Positions 37,204-47,805 of a DNA stretch of 64,000 nt are shown in pieces. The DNA lies in the IMG/VR virus record IMGVR_UViG_3300022746_000020, positions 1-64,000 of that record. One strand, written 5' to 3'. Source of the stretch: a virus. Its lineage: Duplodnaviria > Caudoviricetes. Every line of letters begins with the position of its first letter. Position 1 is the first letter of the stretch. The position numbers and the translations under genes are program-made. A model generated the notes under the pieces. That model saw only the letters and a program-made list of their open reading frames with translations. It made no database searches and was not told where the DNA came from.

Positions 37204-39842
37204 TGGGAATTAGAACACGTACAATTGCTGCCCAGTTAGCAACCAACTTTACTAACGCAGCGGCAACACAAACGCTGACGCAAACTGCAAACGTCGCCTT
37301 TGCGGGGATCACAACTGGTAATACTGTTGTTAACAACATGGTCGTTTCCGTTGGTGCTGCTGCATACGTCAATACAACGGCTGTATTTGTTGGCAACAGT
37401 ACTGTCAATAGTAGCATGACGTCGTCCTCACTACGAGTTGGTGGCACCGTTGTTGCCAACGGAGGACAAGGAACTGCTGGCCAAGTGCTGACGTCCGGCG
37501 GTACAGGAAACGTATATTGGGCCAATGCAGCTAGCGGTGGCGGTGGGGGTGGCAGCGGGTCTACAACAAACGCACTAACCATCGGTAACGGACTGTCTAC
37601 GCAAGATGGTGATAAGTTAGCAACATGGCTACCAACGGATAGTAATACGTCGGAGTACATGGGGATGTCGGTGGCCACAAATGGCACCTACTCTGTTGTG
37701 GCTGCTTCTGGTGCTAACGGTGGAACGGGTTATGTGTATGTATATCTGAACTCTACTGGCGTAATGCAGTATCGTATTGGGATTACTGGTACAATCTCAT
37801 TGGGCGCAAAAGTCGCAATCAACAGCAATAATATTATTGTAGTGTCCGAGACGGCATATAGCGGTAGCACTGGCCGCGTGTTTGTGTTCGATATGTCGAC
37901 GTGGCCTACGTATACGGGTTCATTGGTTTCAATTACGTCTGCGACCAATACACTTACTAATCCACAATCTAACAGCTATTACTTCGGCAACGCACTAGCA
38001 ATATCATCATCGTATATTGTTGTTGGGTGTTGGAATACTAGAGTATCTGGATATAGTAATGCGGGCGTCGTATATCTATATTCGATAACAGGTACTCTGA
38101 AATACATGATTACCGATCCCAGCGCATATAGTAACCCTTCCGGTGACTATTTTGGTTGGTCGGTGGGTATCAGCGGAAACACTCTGGTCGTCGGAGCGTT
38201 TAACGAAGGCAACAGCACACAGTCGGTCGATGGTGCTGTATATGTATTTAATATAGGCAGTTTCCCAGCGTACCCAGGGTCAACTGTTAACATTACGTCG
38301 TCTAATTATACAAGCTATGGGTTTGCTATAGCTGTTCCTGACCCGATCCTATACACGCAATCAAATATGGGGTATTCGGTTGCCACTAACGGAGTATATG
38401 TGATCGCAGGTGCTCCTGGGGCAAAGGGCAGCGTGCGACCTGGACAAGCATCAAAGCAAGGTGTAGGTGCAGTGTATGTGTTTGATGCTTCGTCTGGAGC
38501 ATTAGTATATAAGCTAAACTCGCCTAGCCCGATAGTTAATGCTGGCCAGGATTTTGGTACTGCAGTGTCGGTGTCTGGAAATAACTTATTAGTAGGAGAA
38601 CCCAACGATAATGCAGGCGGACAAGGGTGGCCTCTTCCAGGCATATCCTATATGTTCGACTTGGCAGACGGTAAGTTAAAGAAAACAATATTTTCACCAA
38701 ACTCTGCTGGAGAGCAGGGTGCTTCTGATAAGTTTGCTCGAGCTTTAAGCATGTCCGGCAACTATGCCGTTATCGGCGCACCATATGAAACCAATGCCAA
38801 CTATGTGACCGGAAGTGGCGTCACATACCTGTTTAATGTTAATAATACATTCAACGGCGGCACTGCTACCACAGTCGCTTTAGCCCCGACGTCGGTAGTG
38901 CCTGGCATTTATGGGGGTACTGATGGTACGTCATACATTAACGTACCACAAATGTCGATTGACTCATATGGTCGCGTTGTCTCAGTTACTAGCACACAAT
39001 ACACACCAACAGGCGGTTTGTCATCAGCATTTACGAGCGTAAAGATCGCTGGGCAGTCGTTGACTGCAATGGGCCCCGACATGTTTGAGCTTGTTGCTGG
39101 CAGCAATATAACATTGAGTGCCGACACGATGATGAAGACTATTACGATCAGTTCCACAGGTGGCGGTAGTTCTGGTGGCATTGGTGGTGGTGGAACGCCC
39201 TTCTTTGCTAACGCAGGACCTACTGCGATATCGTATAGTATGGGCGATGCGACAGTTACTATACCAGCTACGGCGCAGTGGCTGATACAACCGATGCCAC
39301 TTAACGAATCAACTGCTATGGTCGGGGGACCAGGACTTCCGCCATTCAACACAATAAACGGTCCCTATTCTGGCGCCTATGGTCCTAATGGAATGGTGTA
39401 TCCGTGGTATTCATCATCCAGCATTCAATCGGGCGCCACTCTCCACATCTCAACCAACATGTCGAATGGCGGAAACGGCACGATGGCGGTGGTTGGCTAT
39501 GGTTTAGCCAGCAGCACAAACCCCGCGATGATGCAATGTTGGTTCTCTGGAAGTGGTGGATCGGCTATGGGAGGTGACTTCTTTATTAGCAATATGCCGC
39601 AGATGAACTACGGCGCTTATATAAGCCAGCCGGATTACTTCTATGGTACAGTTTATTTGATGGGTGGTGGCGATCTATCTACATTCACGCCTGCACCTGG
39701 TGTCGTCATTTACTATAATACGACACTACAACAGCTGATGGTTAGAGTTCCTGGTTCGATCTGGTCGATGGGAGGCCTGATGGGGACCCTGTCTGGATAT
39801 AATGGTTCGTTTGGTTATTCTGGCTTCTACTTTGGAATTTAA
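37203..39842 (+). CDS. Fibre/adhesin with FG-GAP (integrin-like beta-propeller) repeats
   Basis: Repeats such as DYFGWSVGISGNTLVVGAF..GAVYVF, DFGTAVSVSGNNLLVGEP and YAVIGAP..GVTYLF. Confidence 0.8.
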   Translation: MGIRTRTIAAQLATNFTNAAATQTLTQTANVAFAGITTGNTVVNNMVVSVGAAAYVNTTAVFVGNSTVNSSMTSSSLRVGGTVVANGGQGTAGQVLTSGGTGNVYWANAASGGGGGGSGSTTNALTIGNGLSTQDGDKLATWLPTDSNTSEYMGMSVATNGTYSVVAASGANGGTGYVYVYLNSTGVMQYRIGITGTISLGAKVAINSNNIIVVSETAYSGSTGRVFVFDMSTWPTYTGSLVSITSATNTLTNPQSNSYYFGNALAISSSYIVVGCWNTRVSGYSNAGVVYLYSITGTLKYMITDPSAYSNPSGDYFGWSVGISGNTLVVGAFNEGNSTQSVDGAVYVFNIGSFPAYPGSTVNITSSNYTSYGFAIAVPDPILYTQSNMGYSVATNGVYVIAGAPGAKGSVRPGQASKQGVGAVYVFDASSGALVYKLNSPSPIVNAGQDFGTAVSVSGNNLLVGEPNDNAGGQGWPLPGISYMFDLADGKLKKTIFSPNSAGEQGASDKFARALSMSGNYAVIGAPYETNANYVTGSGVTYLFNVNNTFNGGTATTVALAPTSVVPGIYGGTDGTSYINVPQMSIDSYGRVVSVTSTQYTPTGGLSSAFTSVKIAGQSLTAMGPDMFELVAGSNITLSADTMMKTITISSTGGGSSGGIGGGGTPFFANAGPTAISYSMGDATVTIPATAQWLIQPMPLNESTAMVGGPGLPPFNTINGPYSGAYGPNGMVYPWYSSSSIQSGATLHISTNMSNGGNGTMAVVGYGLASSTNPAMMQCWFSGSGGSAMGGDFFISNMPQMNYGAYISQPDYFYGTVYLMGGGDLSTFTPAPGVVIYYNTTLQQLMVRVPGSIWSMGGLMGTLSGYNGSFGYSGFYFGI

Positions 39843-39844
39843 AA

Positions 39845-40273
39845 ATGGAATTATACATTCAATCTAATGTGACCGCATTTCCGACGGCGAGCATACTACA
39901 CGGCGATGTGGTTCGAGCAAGTATGATGTGGCCCAACGCCACATCTGAACAACTTACAGCCGCAGGTTATATTTCTGTAACTGAGCCCACCATGGCTCAA
40001 CCAGCAAATACTATATTAGTTGTCAATAACGACCACACTACTGCTTGGATGCCGACAGCCGACTATGAGGAGTCGGTATCGGTCCGAGTCGCGATCATTA
40101 CCATGCGTGCAAAGCGCAATAAACTACTATCGGATTGCGACTGGACACAAGGTAAGGATGTTCCTGATGCAGTGTCGTCGGCATGGGCTCCGTATAGACA
40201 GGCATTGCGTGATATTACTACACAGAGCGGGTTTCCGCAGAACATCGAGTGGCCAACTCCTCCACAACAATAA
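39845..40273 (+). CDS. Phage tail fibre assembly chaperone
   Basis: RAKRNKLLSDCDWTQ..D......W..YRQALRDIT.Q.GFP..IEWP.PP. Confidence 0.85.
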   Translation: MELYIQSNVTAFPTASILHGDVVRASMMWPNATSEQLTAAGYISVTEPTMAQPANTILVVNNDHTTAWMPTADYEESVSVRVAIITMRAKRNKLLSDCDWTQGKDVPDAVSSAWAPYRQALRDITTQSGFPQNIEWPTPPQQ

Positions 40274-40279
40274 TAAATA
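40272..40279 (+). promoter_or_regulatory. Possible late promoter variant
   Basis: AATAAATA just upstream of 40286. Similar NATAAATA at 10104, 41244, 46615, 50248, 55374 and 63085. Confidence 0.5.
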
Positions 40280-40285
40280 CCAAGC

Positions 40286-41248
40286 ATGACACTCCAGATA
40301 AACTTAAAACAATTAAAAGCTGAAAGTGCTTCTAATAACTACGTGTTGACGTGGAGTAACGTCTCCAACTCATGGACGTCGTCGAATGCTACATCGCTGA
40401 TTGTTGCTGCCAACTCAACTGTCTCTGGTGTTGTTAGAATCCTCGATTCGTATGCCAATACGAGCACCAACATCGCAGCTTCTGTTAACTCTGTCAAGGT
40501 TGCATACGACACTGCAGTAACTGCTCAGAACATGGCATCGAATGCATATTCGAATGCAGCAACGCTTGCAGCATCAGCATATACAAACGCTGTCAGCTAT
40601 GCAGACACAAAGGCTGCTACTGCATACTCAAACGCAGTCGCATACGCAGCATCAAACACATACGTTAACTCAACATTCGCTCCTCTTGCTGGTGCAACTT
40701 TCACGGGCGCAATTGCTGCTGGTAATACAACTATTACAGGGTTCGCCAACGTCACAGGCACGTTGCAAGTTGGCGGACAAACGACAATTGGCGGTAACTT
40801 AGTTGTCAACGGTACGACCATCACAGTCAACACATCACAAATCAACGTCACAGATTCGTTGCTATATCTTGCTTCGAATAATGAAATCAGCGATTCGTTA
40901 GATATTGGTTTTGCTGCTCATTATAATGCAGGCGCTGGCGCTAACGGCCACACTGGATTGATTCGTTCAGCAACTACGAAAAAGTACTACCTATTTCAAA
41001 ACTATCAGCCAGAGTTCTATGCTAACAATAATATCGACGTAGCGAATACGTCGACCGGTATTCAGATGGCGGATCTCGTTGTCGGCAACTTTACCGCAAA
41101 CAACACACTTGCTGCTGGCAATACGACGATCACTGGTAGCTTGCGTGCTAATACAGGATTGCTGTCAGCTAATACGATTCAATTTAATGATGGATCACAA
41201 CAAACAACATACATCGATCCGATAGCGATGGCTATTGCCCTAGGATAA
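40286..41248 (+). CDS. Fibre hub protein, copy 1
   Basis: Tail-fibre repeat-like ANSTVSGVVRI..AASVNSVKVAYD, AYSNA repeats, shared 83-aa module, C-terminal IAMAIALG. Confidence 0.75.
   Translation: MTLQINLKQLKAESASNNYVLTWSNVSNSWTSSNATSLIVAANSTVSGVVRILDSYANTSTNIAASVNSVKVAYDTAVTAQNMASNAYSNAATLAASAYTNAVSYADTKAATAYSNAVAYAASNTYVNSTFAPLAGATFTGAIAAGNTTITGFANVTGTLQVGGQTTIGGNLVVNGTTITVNTSQINVTDSLLYLASNNEISDSLDIGFAAHYNAGAGANGHTGLIRSATTKKYYLFQNYQPEFYANNNIDVANTSTGIQMADLVVGNFTANNTLAAGNTTITGSLRANTGLLSANTIQFNDGSQQTTYIDPIAMAIALG
40841..41089 (+). repeat. Dispersed 249-nt coding repeat A (other copies 47380-47628, 56236-56484)
   Basis: Encodes INVTDSLLYLASNNE.SDSLDIGFAAHYN.GAGANGHTGLIRS..TKKYYLFQNYQPEF...MADLVVGN in three genes. 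Confidence 0.95.
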
Positions 41249-41255
41249 ATAAAAC

Positions 41256-41582
41256 ATGGCTTCTACATTCAAATCATCTGTCGCAAAATCTGTTGGTACG
41301 AGTGCTAACTCTGTATACACTGTTCCGTCGCTAACTACCACTACGGTGATTGGTTGGAACCTTTGCAACATCACATCGAATCCTGTTACTGTAGATCTAT
41401 ACTTCACAAGAAGTGCTGTCGATTACTACATCTTGAAGGGAGCTACTGTCCCACAAGGTGGTGCATTGGTTCCTGTTGGTGGAGATCAGAAATTGGTTCT
41501 CCAGGCAGCTGATGTATTGAAGGTAGTATCAGGTGCTGCTTCTGCGATTGATGCAACTGTTTCTTATCTCGAGACGACATAA
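41256..41582 (+). CDS. About 107-aa beta-rich adaptor-like protein, copy 1
   Basis: MASTFK...YTVP...NLCNI...YILKG..VP.GG.L...KLVL...D.LKV...S.LE; paralog of 47806 and 56665. Confidence 0.7.
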   Translation: MASTFKSSVAKSVGTSANSVYTVPSLTTTTVIGWNLCNITSNPVTVDLYFTRSAVDYYILKGATVPQGGALVPVGGDQKLVLQAADVLKVVSGAASAIDATVSYLETT

Positions 41583-42628
41583 TGAGCTACATCGGAAATA
41601 GCTTAACACAACAATCATTTACAGGGGGCGTTGATCAGTTTAATGGCAACGCTTCTAATACTGCGTTTGGTCTAACGAGAACGATCAATACAAACTTCGA
41701 CGTCGATGTGTATGTCGAAAACGTATGGCAAAGACCCGGCGTAGGATATAACGTATCAGCAAACACAATTACATTTACATCAGCACCTTCTGCTGGTTCT
41801 AATAACGTAGTTGTAGTCTACAAGAATTTTACTGCAACGAGCGTTGTTCCCATTTCAGGATCAGTCACAACTACTACTTTAGTTGATGGTGCTGTTACGC
41901 CTGCAAAGCTGTCTACAGGCGCACCAAGTTGGGATAGCAGCAGCAACCATGCAGTTGCAGGCAACCAGACAATAGCAGGCAATCAGACAGTTGGCGCAGC
42001 TGGATCGATACTTGCTGAAAATAACCTCCGCTTCAAGTCTGCTGGTGATAGTTACGTCGACCACAATACGGTTGGCAGAAACATCAACTTCCGTGTGTCT
42101 AACGGATCCGCTCTCGATACAAATCCGCTCTCGATATTGTCTACTGGTGTAGTGTCCTTACCTTTAGGACAACTCAAATTTCCAGTCACACAAAACGCAT
42201 CCTCGGATGCAAACACATTAGATGATTATGAAGAAGGCACTTGGACGCCGGTAGTCACTCGCGCCACTACTGCTCCGACACTCACAACAGACGTACTGCA
42301 AGGTACCTATATTAAAGTGGGTCGCCTGGTTCATATATCAGTAAACCTACACGTAGCGTCGGTGTCGGCGGCTGGTGCTGGGTATAATTTAATCAGTGGG
42401 CTTCCTTTTCCAGCAGACAATTCTGCTGCCATCTGGAGCACACTCGGCGGAAGCGTCACATACAACAATGCGTTTGCGACCAGTGTCGCCACGGGATTGA
42501 GCTTCGGAGCTACGCTGACAGGGATATCTTTCCTACCATCAGGAAACTCGCGAACGCAGAGTGAAATTAATGAAAGTTGGACGTCTGGATACTTGGTATT
42601 CGCTGCTACATACCGCACAACCCAGTAA
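41582..42628 (+). CDS. Fibre protein (MSYIG class; one FxGN domain; LDDYEEGTW tip)
   Basis: MSYIGN; FNGNASNTAFGL; NTLDDYEEGTWTP...YIKVGRLVH...GLPF. Confidence 0.75.
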   Translation: MSYIGNSLTQQSFTGGVDQFNGNASNTAFGLTRTINTNFDVDVYVENVWQRPGVGYNVSANTITFTSAPSAGSNNVVVVYKNFTATSVVPISGSVTTTTLVDGAVTPAKLSTGAPSWDSSSNHAVAGNQTIAGNQTVGAAGSILAENNLRFKSAGDSYVDHNTVGRNINFRVSNGSALDTNPLSILSTGVVSLPLGQLKFPVTQNASSDANTLDDYEEGTWTPVVTRATTAPTLTTDVLQGTYIKVGRLVHISVNLHVASVSAAGAGYNLISGLPFPADNSAAIWSTLGGSVTYNNAFATSVATGLSFGATLTGISFLPSGNSRTQSEINESWTSGYLVFAATYRTTQ

Positions 42629-42636
42629 TAAAATAT

Positions 42637-43599
42637 ATGGCAATCGATAAATTAAACGCTAATTCGTTCGCAAGCCCACTTAACTATAGTGGCAATCTTG
42701 TGATGTCCAATACAAGTGTGTTTATAATACCAGTTGGCAATACAAGCAACAGACCGTCAGCTAATGCGGGTGGCTTTCGCTTCAACTCCCAACGAGGTGT
42801 GCTCGAATATGCAGATGGAACGACATGGTATGGTACGAATGATATCACAGCGACTGGCGGAACAATCACTACTAATGGCGGCAATAACGTCCACACATTC
42901 ACATCGAGCGGCACGCTTACCGTAACATCAGGATCAAGATCCGCGACCGTTTTAATGGTCGGAGGTGCTGGTGCTGGTGGGTGGGACGTTGGTGGTGGCG
43001 GTGGCGCCGGCGGAGTAATTCAACAAACCGTAAGTTTAGTCCCAGGCGTATACAATATCGTAATCGGGGCTGGTGCAGCATCTTCGACGTCGGGTGGTGG
43101 TATTGCGCCAAGTGGATCAAACACAACGGCGTTCGGATTGACTGCAATTGGCGGTGGCGGCGGTGGCAATTATAATGGCGGATCTGGTGCTTCTGGCGGA
43201 TCGGGTGGCGGCGGCTCGGGGTATTCTGGTGGTTATCTTGCTGGCGGATCTGGAACATCTGGACAGGGATATGCTGGCGGTGCTGGCCGTTCGGATGCCT
43301 ATGGAACATCCTCAACTGGCGGTGGTGGTGGCGGAGCTGGTGGTGCTGGCAGCGATGGTATAAGCAGCACCACTGGTTATGCGAACGGTGGTAGCGGAAT
43401 TACGAGCTCGATATCTGGCACTACAACAACATATGCCGCAGGCGGCAAGGGTGGTGGTGATGGATGGACTACTGGTGGCAATGACGGTACCGCAAATAGA
43501 GGCAGCGGCGGCGATGGTGCTGGTAGCACAGACCCTCGTGGCAACAACGTAGGTGGTTATGGTGGGTCCGGCATTGTTATCATCACATACGCTGTATAA
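42637..43599 (+). CDS. Glycine-rich adhesin-like fibre tip protein
   Basis: ATGG.IT....VHTFTSSG, many GGGGAGG motifs, terminal GGSGIVIITY. ATG 42637 preferred. Confidence 0.75.
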   Translation: MAIDKLNANSFASPLNYSGNLVMSNTSVFIIPVGNTSNRPSANAGGFRFNSQRGVLEYADGTTWYGTNDITATGGTITTNGGNNVHTFTSSGTLTVTSGSRSATVLMVGGAGAGGWDVGGGGGAGGVIQQTVSLVPGVYNIVIGAGAASSTSGGGIAPSGSNTTAFGLTAIGGGGGGNYNGGSGASGGSGGGGSGYSGGYLAGGSGTSGQGYAGGAGRSDAYGTSSTGGGGGGAGGAGSDGISSTTGYANGGSGITSSISGTTTTYAAGGKGGGDGWTTGGNDGTANRGSGGDGAGSTDPRGNNVGGYGGSGIVIITYAV

Positions 43600-43610
43600 G
43601 AGGTAAAATA

Positions 43611-43955
43611 ATGGGACATTTTGCAAAAGTAGTCGACAACACTGTAGTTCAGGTAATCGTAGCAGAGCCAGAGTTTTTCGATTCGTTCATAGACACTTCT
43701 CCTGGCGAATGGATACAGACATCCTATAATACAAGAGGGGGTATCCACATCCACGGAGGGACGCCTCTTCGCAAGAACTTTGCTGGAGTAGGATATACAT
43801 ACGACAAATTAAAGGATGCATTCATTCCCCCTCAACCATATCCAAGCTGGACGCTCGATGACGACACGTGTATGTGGAACCCGCCAATCGACAAACCTCA
43901 AGATGGGCAAAGATATGCGTGGGATGAGCAAACACAACAATGGAACGAAGTCTAA
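43611..43955 (+). CDS. Small partner/chaperone-like protein
   Basis: MGHFAKV...WIQTSYNTRGG...LRKNFAGVGYTYD...DAFIPPQPYPSW; strong SD GAGG. Confidence 0.7.
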   Translation: MGHFAKVVDNTVVQVIVAEPEFFDSFIDTSPGEWIQTSYNTRGGIHIHGGTPLRKNFAGVGYTYDKLKDAFIPPQPYPSWTLDDDTCMWNPPIDKPQDGQRYAWDEQTQQWNEV

Positions 43956-43958
43956 TCT

Positions 43959-44843
43959 ATGGCATTAACAAAATTAGATCCAAGCGTAATTGGGCAAGAC
44001 TCAACTGGTGCAAGCAAGATTACATCTGCAGGCGGTTCTGTGTCGATCGATTCGACTGGTAGCGTAAGAATTGCAAATAGCACTGCTAATAGTGTAACAA
44101 TTGCAGCGAACGGCAACGTAACGTTCGCTGCTAACGTAACTATCAATAGCGGCCTCAACATGAGTAATACTGCCGTTGTTGGTGGCTTTGTTGGCGTTGG
44201 TGGTGTTACCCCAATTCGTCATATTCACATCGGCGCTGCAGGCGCTGCAGAATTCATCATTGAACAAACAGACTCACCAGCAAACCATCGCAAATGGAAC
44301 ATCTTAGCGGATGGTGGTAACTCGACAACTAATGGTATTCTTCGCGTGAGAATGCTGAACGATAATGGTGTTGGTGAACAATTTACATCGATGATTTGGG
44401 ATGGTGCAGGACGCGTACGCAAGCCAATGCAAACGTTCTTTAGCGCAACTGCTCATAACACTGGTGGCACTGCATACATTGCTTCGCCTGCCACATACCC
44501 GTTCGTAACGTGGACACTGAGGGCACAGAACTCAGGCGGTGCATCTTTCTTCGATACATCGACTGGAATATTTACAGCTCCTGTAGATGGTGTATATGCC
44601 ATCGAAACTAACTTTGCAATCGACACATCGCTTGGTGGAACGTCGGTGCTCGGCCGATATATCTACATCCTTTCCTTCAACGGATCATATGAAGAGATTA
44701 TTGAGATGCACCACGAATACCAAAACGACGGCACCATATCGATGAGATATCTCACTGCCGGCACACAAGTCCGCGTAGGACTAAATGGCGTTGCAAACGC
44801 CACTGCGCACGGCGCATCTATTGCAGTATGGCTTCTGGGATAA
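43959..44843 (+). CDS. Fibre tip protein with C1q-like C-terminal domain (MALTK class)
   Basis: MALTKL; FDTSTGIFTAPVDGVY; ends W-L-L-G. Confidence 0.75.
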   Translation: MALTKLDPSVIGQDSTGASKITSAGGSVSIDSTGSVRIANSTANSVTIAANGNVTFAANVTINSGLNMSNTAVVGGFVGVGGVTPIRHIHIGAAGAAEFIIEQTDSPANHRKWNILADGGNSTTNGILRVRMLNDNGVGEQFTSMIWDGAGRVRKPMQTFFSATAHNTGGTAYIASPATYPFVTWTLRAQNSGGASFFDTSTGIFTAPVDGVYAIETNFAIDTSLGGTSVLGRYIYILSFNGSYEEIIEMHHEYQNDGTISMRYLTAGTQVRVGLNGVANATAHGASIAVWLLG

Positions 44844-44847
44844 TAAT

Positions 44848-45135
44848 ATGATCACATATACTGTATCGGTCACTGAAACACAAAACAAAGCACTTGCTGT
44901 GATGATGCTTGACCAGCAGCAGTGGGTCAGCGGTGTCGTCGAAGCGTATGTAAAAGCAGCAACGAAGCAAATCCTATCTATTGCCGTTCCGAAGTGCTTA
45001 GATCTAGGAATTCAAATCCCACAATCTGAAGAAGCAATCATCGAATTAGCATTAGCGCACAATTGGGTAAAAACAATTGCACAGCTAAACGCAGAAGCTG
45101 CTATCCGCGACGCAACAAGAAACCAACAAGGATAA
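44848..45135 (+). CDS. Small chaperone-like protein (paralog of 55408)
   Basis: TYTVSVT..QNKAL....DQQQW; ATG 44848 directly after the upstream stop. Confidence 0.65.
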   Translation: MITYTVSVTETQNKALAVMMLDQQQWVSGVVEAYVKAATKQILSIAVPKCLDLGIQIPQSEEAIIELALAHNWVKTIAQLNAEAAIRDATRNQQG

Positions 45136-45142
45136 TTTCGGC

Positions 45143-46603
45143 ATGTCATTAATCGGAAATCCATTAGTATCAACAAACTATCAAACCAACACCTTCAGTG
45201 GTGATGGTACGACGGTCGCATATACACTTTCGTTGGCGCCAGCATCTGCTGCGTCTATCGCTGTGTATATTAGTGGCCTATATCAAACACCAAGTGTTGC
45301 TTATACGGTAAGCGGCACTACGCTGACGTTTACTGGCGCTCCTCCTACTGGAACAAATAACATTCTAGTTCTTCATCTTGGTATCAAGAGTTCAACGCTA
45401 GTGCCAGTTGATGGATCTGTTACACCATCTATGTTGAGTAACGCAAACGTCGTATTCTGGAGCGGAGCTAATACTAACGTCGGTATCGGCAACACAGCTC
45501 CTAACGCGCCGCTAACGATTGGTGCTGCGAATGGTACGTTTACGAATCCACTAGTTCAGGCTGCAAGTAGTGCAAATAGCTGGCTGCAGATTAACGCTCA
45601 AAATAAGAGCAACGGCAATAACGCGTCAACAGACTTGATCCTTGCTCGATCGGATGGTAACGATAGCGTTGGCTATATCGATATGGGCATCAATAGCAAC
45701 ACATATGCTCAGGCTGCATACAGCATCATGACGCCAAGCAGTGGATACTTGTTCACCAACGGCGGCGACCTAGTACTCGGTACACAGACTGCTCATAATA
45801 TCCTATTCCATACTGGTAATACTACAAGTGCGTCTGAACGCATGCGTATCGACAGTTCTGGCAACTTCTTTGTAGGAGATACTGTTCAGGTCGAATCGGC
45901 AAAGTTTTCAGTAAAATCTGCAAAAACATTGTCGTCAGGAATTCCAGTAGGGCAGATGCTAGCAGTCGACAGCACCGCCCTTGCAGTGGGAACTGGTGGT
46001 GCTATTAATATGGGTGGAGTATATAATTCTGGCGGAGGAATTACAAGCTTCGCCTCCATAGAAGCATATAAAGAAAATGCTACTAGTGGTTCGTATGGTG
46101 CATCCATGGTGTTTAAGACGCGCACTGATGGTGGAGCGCAAACGGAGCGTATGCGCATCAATTCTCTTGGTTATGTAACCATGCCATACCAACCATCATT
46201 TCGTGTTTCAGGATCATCAACGACTTCATTCTCGAATGGGGCGATCATTCCGCTTACTGATGGTAATGGGTTTAATCTTGGTGGGTTTTGGAACAATACA
46301 TCGTATAGATTTACAGCGCCAGTGGCCGGAACGTATTTGTTCGCTGCGGCGATATATGTATGGAATGGTAGCGGGCAAGGCACGCAATCATATGCATTCA
46401 ACGTAAACGGCGGTCAGCTAAGTTCGGGAGATTCGCTCATTATGTACAGTGGTGCAGTTACTGGTGGCGACAACCAAACGAGAGGCGAATTGCTAGTTAA
46501 GCTCAATGCCGGCGATTATGTTGATTTGAGATTACGTATTGGTGCTCCTGCTGTAAACATATACGCAGGGCACACATATATGTGGGGATACATGGTAGGG
46601 TAG
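45143..46603 (+). CDS. Fibre protein (MSLIG class; one FSGDG domain; C1q-like tip)
   Basis: MSLIGNP; FSGDGTTVAYTL; shared 119-aa stalk; MPYQPSF...YRFTAPVAGTYLF...GYMVG. Confidence 0.75.
   Translation: MSLIGNPLVSTNYQTNTFSGDGTTVAYTLSLAPASAASIAVYISGLYQTPSVAYTVSGTTLTFTGAPPTGTNNILVLHLGIKSSTLVPVDGSVTPSMLSNANVVFWSGANTNVGIGNTAPNAPLTIGAANGTFTNPLVQAASSANSWLQINAQNKSNGNNASTDLILARSDGNDSVGYIDMGINSNTYAQAAYSIMTPSSGYLFTNGGDLVLGTQTAHNILFHTGNTTSASERMRIDSSGNFFVGDTVQVESAKFSVKSAKTLSSGIPVGQMLAVDSTALAVGTGGAINMGGVYNSGGGITSFASIEAYKENATSGSYGASMVFKTRTDGGAQTERMRINSLGYVTMPYQPSFRVSGSSTTSFSNGAIIPLTDGNGFNLGGFWNNTSYRFTAPVAGTYLFAAAIYVWNGSGQGTQSYAFNVNGGQLSSGDSLIMYSGAVTGGDNQTRGELLVKLNAGDYVDLRLRIGAPAVNIYAGHTYMWGYMVG
45482..45838 (+). 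repeat. Dispersed coding repeat B (other copies 51937-52293 and about 57320-57640)
   Basis: IG.A.GTF.NP..QAAS.ANSW.QINAQN...GNNASTD..LAR.DG.D....ID.GINSN.Y.QA.YSIMTP.SGY.F.NGGDLV.GTQTAHNI.FHTGNTT..SE. Confidence 0.93.
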
Positions 46604-46614
46604 TATTTTGCTGT

Positions 46615-46622
46615 CATAAATA
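46615..46622 (+). promoter_or_regulatory. Late promoter variant
   Basis: CATAAATA followed by GGAGATATTATG; same arrangement as at 63085. Confidence 0.65.
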
Positions 46623-46656
46623 CCTTCTGTTATCAACCTCACATTATGGAGATATT

Positions 46657-46821
46657 ATGAACTTGAATTTTGTTTTTACGCTAGATCAAACCAATATTAT
46701 TCTTGCTGCTCTTGGCAAGCAAACGTTTGAGACTGTGGCACCGATCATCGACTCGATCCGCCAACAAGCTCAACCTCAATTGCAAGCTGCTGAGCAACAG
46801 GAATCACAACCAGAAGCATAA
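46657..46821 (+). CDS. Small hypothetical protein (54 aa)
   Basis: MNLNFVFTLDQTNIILAALGKQTFETVAPIIDSIRQQAQPQL; own SD GGAGA. Confidence 0.7.
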   Translation: MNLNFVFTLDQTNIILAALGKQTFETVAPIIDSIRQQAQPQLQAAEQQESQPEA

Positions 46822-46824
46822 TAG

Positions 46825-47802
46825 ATGTCTAAGTTACGGATAGAGAAACTCAAACAAGGCAGCTCGTCTAATAACGACGTTCTTGTCTATAGGAATGACC
46901 TTGGTACCTATCAAGGGCAATCGAACCTATCCGTCAACACAATTCTGCTTGGCTCAAACTCTGTAAACTCTTCTGTTTACACTGGTACAGCTTATCTTGC
47001 AAATAGCGCAACATATCTTGCTGGACAGCCTGCATCATACTATGCAGTAAATACAGCTCCTGCGACCGCATACTCAAATGCCGTATCAACTGCTGCAGCA
47101 GACGCTACATCTAAAGCTGCAACCGCATATTCTAATGCAACTGCTTATGCGGATACTAAGGCAGCAACTGCATACGCTAATGCAATCGCATATTCTGGCA
47201 ACGCTGCTGCAGCATACGCTAATGCAATCGCCTATGCTGCATCAAACACATATGTCAATTCGACATTCGCACCGCTAGCCAACCCTACGTTCTCTGGCTC
47301 AATGCTATTGAACGGTAGCGCGACAATCACTGGAAACTTGGTTGTCAACGGCAACACAATTTCGATCAATACGACCTCGATTAACGTTACCGATTCGTTG
47401 CTATACCTTGCTTCGAATAACGAAGTCAGCGACTCTCTCGATATCGGATTTGCAGCTCACTACAACGCTGGAGCTGGAGCAAATGGACATACAGGTCTAA
47501 TCAGATCTGCAACTACGAAGAAGTATTATCTGTTCCAGAACTATCAACCAGAGTTCTACGCGAACAATAACGTAGATGTTGCAAATACATCTACAGGCAT
47601 TCAAATGGCAGACTTGGTTGTCGGTAATCTGGTCGCAAACAGCACACTAACTGTCACAGGACAGGCAAACGTAGGCAGTCTAAATACAACAGGGACAGTT
47701 ACTGCAAACGTAATCTCAGTAGCTAACGTCTCACAAACACAAACGAATTTGCAAGTTGATCCTGCAGGTTCAGCGTTCCTCAACGCAATCATTTACGGAT
47801 AA
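46825..47802 (+). CDS. Fibre hub protein, copy 2
   Basis: AYSNA repeats, repeat A module, C-terminal AFLNAIIYG. Confidence 0.75.
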   Translation: MSKLRIEKLKQGSSSNNDVLVYRNDLGTYQGQSNLSVNTILLGSNSVNSSVYTGTAYLANSATYLAGQPASYYAVNTAPATAYSNAVSTAAADATSKAATAYSNATAYADTKAATAYANAIAYSGNAAAAYANAIAYAASNTYVNSTFAPLANPTFSGSMLLNGSATITGNLVVNGNTISINTTSINVTDSLLYLASNNEVSDSLDIGFAAHYNAGAGANGHTGLIRSATTKKYYLFQNYQPEFYANNNVDVANTSTGIQMADLVVGNLVANSTLTVTGQANVGSLNTTGTVTANVISVANVSQTQTNLQVDPAGSAFLNAIIYG

Positions 47803-47805
47803 GCA